Below, in pieces: positions 51,601 to 61,585 of a stretch of 64,000 nt of DNA (positions are counted from its first letter, which is position 1; each line of letters begins with the position of its first letter). This stretch comes from Cenococcum geophilum. Taxonomy: Eukaryota. The notes below the pieces were generated by a model. It had not been told where the DNA came from. It searched no databases and was given only the letters and a program-made list of their open reading frames with translations. The translations under genes and the position numbers were made by a program. The DNA is taken from positions 6,386,001 through 6,450,000 of the forward strand of contig CP158635.1 of the NCBI GenBank assembly GCA_050273025.1, read 5' to 3'.

Positions 51601-52618
51601 CTAATTTCGCTTCTCAATAGGTTTTACACCTTTATGGATGGCCGCAATTCCTCCCGTCAAGTCCTCCCATCCCTTACCCGGCACCAGGAATCCAGCGTCC
51701 TTTATCATGTCTCTGAATTCAGTCTGGCTGGGAAATCTCTCGATACTCTCGACTAAGTACTGGTAACTATCCCTATCGCCAGCTACCAATTGTCCGATTA
51801 ACGGAATAGCTCCGAAGCTCCAGTGCTTGTACAATGCGTCAAATAGTGAATTATTAACTTTGCTGAACTCGAGGCACGCAAACACACCACCCGGTTTTAG
51901 GACGCGGAATGCCTCGCGTAAAGCGGCGTCTTTATTGGTGAAGTTTCGAATGCCGAATGCGACGGTGTAGAGATCGACGGTGTTATCAGGGACTGTCGTG
52001 AGATCCTCTGCGTTGGCTTCCATGAATGTTAGGCGTGGTGAGCGGGCATATGGTGTTTCTAAAGCCCTTTTTCGACCCTCTGCTAGCATATCGGGGTTGA
52101 TATCGGCAACAGTGACGCGGGTGTGGACGTCATTGTTGATATTTGAGGCATGATCAAGCATGCGGAAGGCGATGTCGCCAGTGCCACCAGCAATATCAAG
52201 AATATTCCAACCTTGGGCCATAGGCGAAGGGAATGTGAGGGGATTGGAGCCAGGGTTGAGGTTGCGGACGAAGTGATCTTTCCAAAGGCGATGGATTCCT
52301 AGCGACATGAGATCATTCATAGTATCGTAGGAAGAAGCGACTGAGGAGAAGACGGCGCCGACTGAGGTATTATTAGTCACTGTATAAGCAGAGATGGACT
52401 TATAAGCTACCCTTCTGCTCCTTCAAGGCCTCCGCTATTGTCTCGAATCCAAAGTGTGTTGTTTTCGGCGCATCTTGACCGGGTGGAGGCGAGGTGTTCT
52501 GCTGTTGGGCATTCTGTATTGAGGAAGAGAAGCACCGGTATGGTTCTCTCCTCGCGGTTGGCCATGCGCTCCGAAAGAATTGACGTCTCGCAAGAAGTTT
52601 CGCTGTGGCGCCACTCAT
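51601..52618 (-). CDS. COQ5: Mitochondrial 2-methoxy-6-polyprenyl-1,4-benzoquinol C-methyltransferase (UbiE/COQ5)
   Basis: Exons 52,618-52,411 and 52,361-51,601 with a GT-AG intron at 52,410-52,362. Motifs THFGFET, VFSSVASSYDTMNDLMSLGIHRLWKD, LDIAGGTGDIAF, YTVAFGIRN, SYQYLVESI. Arg/Ser-rich presequence. Confidence 0.97.
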
Positions 52619-52797
52619 ATTGAAGCTGTTCGAGAGGTAGTTGGTAATGCTTGGCAGCGAGCAAGGAACGGCTGACATCAAGGTCCAAAGCGCCTCGATG
52701 GGCCGATGCCAACCGGGAACCGAGCTCTTCCATTGATGCTTTCCCCAAACTTTATACTCCACGCCTGCCTCACTTCCAACATGCAACTAGCTACACC
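52619..52797. promoter_or_regulatory. Compact divergent (bidirectional) promoter region
   Basis: Only 179 bp separate the head-to-head ATGs at 52,618 (-) and 52,798 (+). Confidence 0.65.
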
Positions 52798-54418
52798 ATG
52801 TCTCTACGCTATGGAACCCGAAGAATACTAATCCGGAGGAATCTCTACCCTCCGACTTGCATTAACACGCCTCAATCGCCTTCATTAACACGGTCCTGGC
52901 AGCGATGGAGCTCTATAGCTGCGTCCCCGGCTTCCGAACGGTAGGCTGAAGGAGCTGCGCTTGTAGCGACTCTGACTAACAAGATTGCTAGGGTGCTCTT
53001 TCCCGGTGCGTTAAACAGTAAATTCACCAATATTCTTGAATTTACGCGCCCGTCGGCCACGGAGGCTATTCCAACCTACCGAGTGATGGACCAATATGGG
53101 GCTGTGATAGATGTAGAAAGCGGGGTGGACACAACCGATGAGGAAGCTCTGAAGTTATACTCAAACATGGTGATGTGTGAGTTATCATGCTTTTTAAGAG
53201 CCGTGTCTGAGGCTAAAAGAAGCTGACGGTGGTTAGTGAGCATCATGGACTTGATCATGTTCGAAGCTCAGAGACAGGGACGACTGAGTTTTTACATGGT
53301 ATAGGCGTTCATAGCCTCACCTCAATTATTCTATACAACTCACATATCAATAGGTCTCAGCTGGAGAAGAAGGAATAACCGTTGGCTCCGCTAGTGCTCT
53401 CGATCCATCCGACGTAGTATTTGCCCAGTATCGCGAGACTGGTGTTTTTCTGCAACGCGGTTTCACACTCGACCAGTTCATGAGCCAGCTCTTCGCTAAT
53501 TGTAAGGATTCGGGGAAGGGACGCAATATGCCCGTTCATTATGGGAGCCGGTCATTGAACATCGTGAGCATCCATTTTACACCTTATGTACGCTCTAAGA
53601 TTTGAGCGACTACTGACGATTTTTTGCTAAAGCATACCATATCCTCCACCCTCGCAACTCAAATCCCTCACTCAGCCGGCGCTGCATATGCACTCAAACT
53701 TCAGAACCTGCAGCGTCCTGACCTACCACCTCGTATAACTTGTTGCTACTTTGGTGAAGGTGCTGCTAGCGAAGGAGATTTCCACGGTGCCCTTAACATT
53801 GCTGCGACGCGTGCATGCCCAGTTATATTCTTATGCCGGAACAATGGCTTCGCTATTTCCACCCCTACAGCAGACCAATATCGTGGAGACGGCATCGCGA
53901 GCCGCGGCGCAGGTTATGGCATCCCGACGATTCGCGTGGATGGGAATGATATTTTCGCTGTTAGGAAAGCCGTAAAAGAGGCGCGCCGCATGGCTCTTGA
54001 GGATGGCGGGAAACCTATCCTCATCGAAGCTATGGCATACCGTGTAGGCCATCACAGTACATCTGATGATAGCTATGCGTATCGGCAAAGGGTAGAAGTC
54101 GAGGATTGGAAGCGACGTGACAATCCTCTTACTCGGTTGCGCAAGTGGTTGGAGGGACGTGGGCTCTGGGATGAGAACAAAGAAAAAGAGCTGAGGGGTA
54201 AGGCTCGAAGGGATATACTGGTAGCATTCGACAAGGCCGAGAAGGAGAAGAAGCCAGCACTGAAGAATGCATTCACTGATGTGTGGGAAAAGCTCACGGA
54301 AGAACAAAAGGCGCATATGGAGGAACTCAGAAGTGTGATAGAAAGATATCCTGGAGAGTATAACTTAGATGAGTATGAGGGTGGCTTGGACGGTCTCATG
54401 GCCAAGGATATGAAATAG
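52798..54418 (+). CDS. BCKDHA: Branched-chain 2-oxo acid (2-oxoisovalerate) dehydrogenase E1 alpha subunit, mitochondrial
   Basis: Exons 52,798-52,940, 52,992-53,176, 53,237-53,298, 53,354-53,563 and 53,633-54,418, all introns GT-AG. Motifs AQRQGRLSFYM, QYRETG, GKGRNMPVHYG, TPP motif GEGAASEGDFH..CRNNGFAIST, YRVGHHSTSDDS. Confidence 0.97.
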
Positions 54419-54740
54419 GCATTGATCAAGGTCGTTATTTCTGCATGGCTGGCTTGTGGGCGGGCATTTATGAAACGGAACTTGAACTTTCAGCGCTTGA
54501 AAGAGCTGCATTGGAGACTTATAGCGCGAGGTTAGATTTCTTTTCTCCTATAATTGTATACACCGAGAAAGTATATGATTTGTCCAAAGAATCTTTAATA
54601 CATTACTATCGATTCTAGCCATCAGAGTAAACTCAGTCCCTTCGTCCATAAGGGAAAATAAATGTAGCTGGCCATAAAAATATACGGTTTGATTCAGTCT
54701 TAATCTCTAATGCCAGCCAAGAAAGCCAACTCCTCAAAAA

Positions 54741-55858
54741 TTAGCCTGTGTACGGCGGAGGAGGAGTATCAGTTCTAGGGCCGTCGTATGCGTCAAGCGC
54801 AGACTGAGAATCCGAGTCTGGCAAGCCGGTCGACCAACCAACGCCAGAATTAGAGGTACCCGCTTCGGATACAGGACTTGTGACGATATGCTCCTTCATA
54901 TCAGCAGCTGGTGAGATTTCCGATGTATGCGCGATGTTAATGCGCAGAGATTCAGGTGCATCAGGCTCCTAGTTTCTTATTAGCATCGACATATTCTCTT
55001 CTCGCACCATTTGAGCGCGAAAAAAAGGTAAGGTTCCCTTACTACTGTCTTTTCGTCCCTCAGGACCGGCCCAGGTTGCAAAGGCATCAATGGCTCTTGT
55101 AGCCTCTCCATCTCTTCCCTATCCCTCTCTCTCTTCTCCCAATCCTCCAATTTCTCAGCCACTACTTCCCCATCCCCCATCCTCCCCACCAGATTCCCAC
55201 GCTCCCATTTCCCATTCATCAGCCGCATTCGTTCGAACACCGTCCTCTCAAGCCGGCAGTTAATCACCTCACAGCCGTCCAACCTACTTCTCTCCATCCA
55301 ACTAGCTTCGACTTTACAATCCTTTAAGATGGAGCGTTCCGCCCGCGTCTTCTTCGCGATTGTGCACTCATTCACCTGAGACCGACCTAGGTAGCTCTTG
55401 TCTCGTACAATGCTGTCTGAAACAGTGCTGCGCTCGGCCGCGCTAGTGCCTGAAAAGGAGCAGTTGGAAACTCTAGAGCGGTCCAGCCGACTGCTCTCCA
55501 CCACGCTCTCCGAGCCCTCTAAATTGCTCCTGTCCAGACGCGCGCGGGCTACCGTGGCGTTCTTCACGACTGATCTGTCGATGTGGGAGTCCGTGATGTG
55601 CGACTCGGAGAGGCTGCTGCGGTCGATGGACGACTTGCCCTGCTTGGCACCAGAGGCGGGAGCAGGATCCGGAGCGGATGAGGTTACAAGTGTGGTGTTG
55701 GAGAGCCTGGAGTGGCTGATCTGGGTGGAGTCGGTAAGAGACTCAAAGTGGCAATTGGAAATGACTGATTTCTCGACACGAGGGTGCGAGTCCCAGTTGT
55801 TGGGGACGACAGTAAGCGCGTTTATGGAAGAGCTTTTGGCTTTGGGGATCGTAGACAT
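54741..55858 (-). CDS. Uncharacterised ~347-aa protein with ~15-residue (D/E)RS beta-solenoid repeats and a C-terminal PPPPY motif
   Basis: Exon 1 55,858-55,043; intron 55,042-54,969 (GTAAGG..CTAAT..TAG, phase 0); exon 2 54,968-54,741 ending ..RTDTPPPPYTG*. Not RIP-mutated. Confidence 0.8.
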
Positions 55859-56815
55859 GGCTGCGGAATGGTACTGATATGCAATTTTATAGTAGATATC
55901 CTAAGTATGAAGTCTCGAATATAGGATCTATTAGTGGAGAGACTGTTAGTGAACAATATATCTCGATGCAGGTTGTTGCTGCCTTTATCAATCAGACTAT
56001 GTGGTCATCAACGCCTTGTTAGCTTATGACACCCGTTGATGCCTTACGACGCTCTGTCGCATCCCTCGTATTCGTCAGAGCAGAGCGAGTTAAGTTGGTG
56101 GAGGGGCATTGGCTCGTGCAGAGCTGAAATCTCCCAGCAACGCCAGCTTCGTAACCCTAGTGCGTCAGCTCCAGAGCTGGTCGGAACCGCCGTCTTGGTT
56201 ACAACTTAATTCGAACTCCCGTTGACTTGCCTACGTAGACTTGCCTACGTAGACTCTGACAGTCTTTCGATCGATTTTGGAAAATGATTCTTTCGAGTCA
56301 GGAGACATGGGGGAGTAAGCAGAATGGATAGTGTTAGGAATCTTAGGATGTAAGTAAGATACGGGCGCTTTGACTAGAGACACTGAGGGATGAACTCAGC
56401 GACAGTGTGTTGAAGAACTTGCAGCGTCTCTATACATGTAAATGGGATGCAGGTTAAGGGTGTGGGCGTGGCACAGTGATGGAAATAAGAAATTTTATTT
56501 AAAAATCATTGTAAAGGTTGCGATTTCGTCTACTCTACCTTTTCTGCTGAAGACCTCAGCCTTGTTAACTAGACCCGGAGACAGAAGTGAATTTATCCAT
56601 TAGTAGCGTCCTACGATAATTGGACCGTGCGCAGAACACCAAAACACCCAGGGTCAGGCTTGCGGAGGATAAATTATCCTATCCGGTCGGGCGGATAATA
56701 ATCCTATCCAAGGATAGCCCGGATATCGGATAATATCCGGATAATATCTAGATATCCGCAAAATTTTTAACTATAAAACTAAACCTTTACCCCCTATTAT
56801 ACGACGCTATAAATA

Positions 56816-59115
56816 TAGCTAGTACTAGTAAAATTTACCCTAAAAACCTCAACGATAATAATTCCTTTAAAGTTAACACACTTTCTACCCTTTTAAGCGG
56901 CGTTAAGACTAAAGCTAATACTAGTTTAATCCTAACTACTTATATAACATAGATCTTAAGATAAGTCTCCTTAATTTATAAATATACTTATACGGCAATA
57001 AAGGAAGAAAAGGCTTATATAAAGAAACGCTACTTTTATAAATACTGTCCTCCTTAAGACCTAAAAGGATACTATTCCTTAACCGTTAAATTATAAGGCC
57101 ATTTTAAAAAATATAATATTAAATGGAATCTAGTAAAAAATTAAGAGTGTACGATAGTAAAAGATTAGGGGAAGAGATCTCTTTTAGAACTATATTAAAA
57201 GCTTTTAGTAAGAGGAGAAGTTTAAGGTCTTAAGGGTAAGGTTCTAAAGCGTATAGTATATTAAAATACTATAAAGCAAGTACTTCTAGATCTAATTATT
57301 ATACAACAGCTTCCCTTCTTATATGTGGAATAGCTAGAGTTTTATACTTTTATAAAAGCATTAAATTAAAAAGCACCCTTAATTATCCCTATACACTACT
57401 TAATAATTATAGCCTAGATTCTTAAATACTTTACTAAGAGTTAAGATATTATATAAAAAGTACTTTAATCTATAAAAATAAATATTTATCTTACTGTAGA
57501 TATCTAGACCTCTCTAAGTTATTCCCTTCTTCTTAGAATCTATACTAGCTTTATTAATATCTAGAATAAATACCGGAACCCCTTAATTACCCTTTATATA
57601 GTATCTAGTTAGAGTAGTATAGATTAATAAAAGGCGCTTTATCCAGTTCTTATTAAGTACGGCATTAAAACAAAGATTAAAGCTCTTATTGGCGATAATA
57701 CTAAATTAAATAATATTCTCTATTATACGATTAGCTAATAGCTTAGCCTTAAGTATAAAATTAACTAGATCGCAATATATTAAAGAATTTACTATTAGGG
57801 GCACGTTATTAATCTCATTGTTTAGGCCTTTTTATTTAATTTAAAAAAGGATAAGAAGCTTATAAACTTATATAAAAAAAAAATAAGGAACAGAATAAAA
57901 AAAAAAGGAAAAAAAAGAAGAAGTTATATAATAAGCACTACCGCTAGTTAAAAGAAAGAAAAAAAAGGATAAAGAATTAAAGCTAGTATTAGACAAAAAG
58001 CGTAAAAGAGGTTAAAATATTTAAAATATTATAGGGCCAATAAAAAAGCTTTATAACTATATTATTTATATCCGCAGCTTAGCTAACCGTATAATATAGT
58101 TTATTAAACATACTAGTAAAATGGTTCCTTTAGATAATTATATAAGATAGAATAGCTGGTTTCTTATACTATATATAGCTCTAAAGGATAAAGTAAAGGC
58201 TAGGCTTTAACTCTATATAAAGCACTATAAGGATAACTTAAAAGATAATATCCTCTTAACAAGCAAATAGATATATCTTTATACAATTTATAATTTCCTT
58301 TAGTCTTTCTATAAAGCAACTCTATTTCTTTAAGGAGATTATACAATACTAAAGAGGGTTCTAGAATTAGTTAATATCCTTAAGGATATAATATAGACCG
58401 TATTAGTAAATTATATAATACTCTTAACATTTCTTTAGCTAATTATTTCCTATAGGTAACAGCTACTAAGGCTAAGGATAAGTTTATAACTTCTTAACTC
58501 TAACATACTAAGGAAAAGCTTATAAAGTACGTTAAGAAGCTAGATAATTCTCCCTACTATCTAGCGGCACGAGTTCTTAACCTAAAGTGTTGTACGGCTT
58601 TCTTAAAAGATTAGAATAATTATATTACCACTAAAGGAGAAAAGAAGCTCTTTAGCGTACAAAAGCTCTAGGAAAAATTCCATAAGAAAGCAATACTTTC
58701 AGGTTTAACTATATTGTATACAACTAAGAAAGCTTAAAAGTCGCCTTTAGAGTCTAAAGAAAATCTCTCTGCCTTCTATAAGGCTCGTCTTTAGTATTAT
58801 TTAAAACATACTTATCTATAGAGTCTAGATAAGTTCAATAACTATATTAACAAGAATCCAATTCCGCTTAATAGCCGTACAATAGCTATTTAATAGTAGA
58901 ATTAGCCTCTTTAGTATATAAGATTTCCATAACTCTTACAGCTTATAATTAAAGTTCTCTTAATACCTAGAATAAGCGATAAGCTAGAGAGAGTATTTTT
59001 AGGTTCTTAACGCCGTATTCTATAGGATTATATAAAAACTACTTTATAAATACTTAAGGCATCAGAGTATATAAAGGACTGGGCAGCTTATAAGATTTTA
59101 AGTATTCCCTTATAG
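56816..59115 (+). pseudogene. hAT transposase
   Basis: De-RIP: BED-like CKYC (~57,035), LPFSCVEWPEF, IHLAVDIWTS (~57,485), IGDNA (~57,688), RIRCQGHVINLIVQA (~57,784), DNRTRWNSW (~58,133), probable intron ~58,406-58,455, IPGMSDEPERVFS (~58,963). Confidence 0.9.
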
Positions 59116-59215
59116 TTATATAAGGGAAAGTATATAAGGGGTATATTATATAACACTAAAGGGGGGAAGGGGGGCATATAAATAAAATAATTTTAGGTAA
59201 AAAGTAACTACTAAA

Positions 59216-59291
59216 GGCGTGTAGGTGGCGTAGGTAAATATATGCTAACTTTAAACTTAATAGATTATAAGTTTAAATCCCACCGACGTTG
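59216..59291 (+). other. tRNA-like (A-box/B-box) relic inside the hAT element
   Basis: 76 nt. TGGCGTAGGT is A-box-like. ATAAGTTTAAATCCCAC converts to GTGGGTTCGAATCCCAC (a perfect T-arm) using only RIP-type transitions. The 5' GGCGT can pair with the 3' ACGTT, but the acceptor stem is imperfect. Confidence 0.4.
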
Positions 59292-60000
59292 TCCTTTATT
59301 GAGAATTAGGAAATATAATTATCTAGTATACTTCCCGTCCTACTATATAATAGATTCTCTGGTAATATTGTTATACTATAAGTAAACTCTCCTCTCTATA
59401 TAATATACCTATATAACTAACTACTCTTAGGATAAGTAGGAGAGGGTAGAAGCTTTACCGGCGATTAATATGGAGGCTTAGGTGGGGGGTATATTAAAGA
59501 GGTAGGTGCGGATAGGGAGGCCCTTATATATAAATACAATTCTAATTTAGAGCTATAGGTCTCTAAATATAACTATAAGTAACCTATATTACTTATACAA
59601 GGCAGAGAGCTAATTAATACTAGCCTTGCGAGGCTTATACGGCAACTCTACGTCGTCCAGTAGGCCCTCGCCCCTTCGCTAAATGTCAAAGTCTCCTAGG
59701 GTTCTATAGTAGGTGCTGTAGAAATTATAAGTAGCGGGATTATGGAGCTTAATGTTCGTTATACAATATAAATTCTTAGCCTATAGTAGTGGCAGCGGGG
59801 GCACTAAAGGGTAAGGATCGGATTGTAAAACTGGAGGATAATAAGAAGTAGAAAAAAGTTACTAAATTTAAACTGCTGGGTCTCCTCTCTTTTTTCCTAT
59901 TTTTATTTTATTTTATAGTATTTTATATAAAGAGAAGTATAAATAAAAAGGTAGAAAGAAGATATCTAATTAGTAGGAAAGCTAAAGGTATTTGCTAAGG

Positions 60001-60200
60001 CTTTATATGAAGCTCTATATAAAGCTCTACACGAAGCTCTACACGAAGCTCTGCGGAGGCTTTACACGAAGCTCTGCACGAAGCTCTGTATACGGAGGCT
60101 CTGCATGATGGCTCTGCGTACGATGGTTTTGCGTACGACGGCTCTACTACGGAGGCTCTATATAAAAGCTTTGTGCAGAGCTTCGTACAGAGCTCCGTAC
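60001..60200. repeat. ~13-bp subterminal tandem repeats (ACGAAGCTCTRC) of the hAT element
   Basis: More than 10 degenerate units are visible. Confidence 0.85.
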
Positions 60201-60505
60201 GCGGCTCCCCGTAAGCCTTATCCCGCAGAGCTCTTATAAGCTTTATATCTATATAATATTACTTATCCTTAGGATATTTAGATAAAAGTGGTACTATTTT
60301 AAAGCGCTTTGCAAGCTCTATAAATCTATATTAATAGAAAAATTATTTATTTAATATTGGGGGTTGCATCGCAAGTATAAGTATATTAAGGTGATTTTGC
60401 CAAGACTATCCGGAGACTATCCGGATAGTCTCCGGATACTATCAGCTAATAGGTCTATTATCCGAGAGGCCTATCCGGCCTATCCTCCGCAACTCTGAAC
60501 ACCCA

Positions 60506-60880
60506 GAATTAAAAGTATGCGTACGGAATATTGCCTACATAGATTCAGATATTATACATCAATTAACCATGCCTTCCAATCGTACTTCTAATGATATAGG
60601 CTTTGTTCTACCAACTCAACATTCAATTCTACCGACTCGGAAGGCCAAAGAACCCCCGCAGCTGTAGCCTTTGCCCTCCTTCGAGCCTTTATATATCACG
60701 AATTTTAACAACCATAGCACCCTAAATATTCCTCTAAATTCGCTGCTTGCAAAATTCCGTTCTATAGAAACGATAAATATTAGTTACCTTATCTTAAACA
60801 ACTTAACTCCAAGGACCGGGTGTATATAGCAATTGTATATGGAAATCAGCAGATTCTACGACCTCATATTTTTCATCACA
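60506..60880 (+). mobile_element. Short DNA-transposon relic (possibly piggyBac-like) interrupted by the hAT; its left part is at ~56,566-56,650
   Basis: MPSNRTSNDIGFVLPTQHSILPTRKAKEPPQL*PLPSFEPL from ATG 60,569; nucleotide similarity to 20,270-20,480. Confidence 0.4.
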
Positions 60881-61585
60881 GAGCCTTGATCCTATTGATC
60901 CTATTGGCTAGTTCTTATCGATAACGGTAGGACGAATTGTACCAAGGGATATGATGTGCCGGCTCTGTTTCTCAGCAAACATGATTAGAGGTCGAAATAC
61001 TGCTTGGGGGTTGTTTATGCAAACTCAATGTCTTATCAAGCACAATGAAGAGTGCCGAGGTGCCTAGCGAGAAGCTTATATGTGTAGGACAGCTGGGATA
61101 GCAACGCCTTGGGTCGCTTTTCAAGCTGTATTAAGCCTACTTGGTTAACGATTTGGTACCTCACCAATTATGGCCAGGAATATACGAGGATTGAAAAATT
61201 GGATATTTCTAAACGCAAGCCATTTCTATAGCCGCAATACCACCATGAAGAAACAAATACGAGTAATTCGTCCGCCCCACCATGGGGCCGGAGGTCTTCC
61301 TGAATCTGCTACAGAACGCCGAGAATGCAGCCGTGCATTCTTTCCTACCCAGCCAAGCCGAAGGTAATCAATGAGAAATTTTTGAAATAAAAGAAAGCTA
61401 TAAAAGCCGCCATGCTAAACAAAAAGGAGAAAACTCGCTGGTAGCACACCGATGTCTGTTAACATGAAAAATCCATGCAAACGCCCATTATGCCCAGCCG
61501 TTATCTCTTATACACAAACAAGCCTTTCGTAACAATAAGAACCCGGAAACTCACTGCCTAAACCCACATTTCCAACCCACAATTC

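Larger units (their letters stand above)
56655..60497 (+). mobile_element. hAT DNA transposon (Restless/Tfo1-like), RIP-inactivated
   Basis: 17-bp TIRs CAGGCTTGCGGAGGATA / CAGAGTTGCGGAGGATA (reverse complement). 8-bp TSD AACACCCA at 56,643-56,650 and 60,498-60,505, with 4 extra nt (GGGT) at the left junction. TATCCGGA-type subterminal repeats at both ends. Confidence 0.92.

Noticed and set aside
51342..54429. Numerous short ORFs overlapping COQ5 and the E1-alpha gene
   Set aside because: Antisense or out-of-frame shadows of well-supported spliced genes.
55398..55877. 159-aa plus-strand ORF
   Set aside because: Antisense shadow of the repeat-protein gene; it starts at a non-ATG codon and has no independent motif.
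56224..56255. 14-bp tandem duplication GACTTGCCTACGTA
   Set aside because: Only two copies in intergenic DNA; most likely slippage, with no supporting context.
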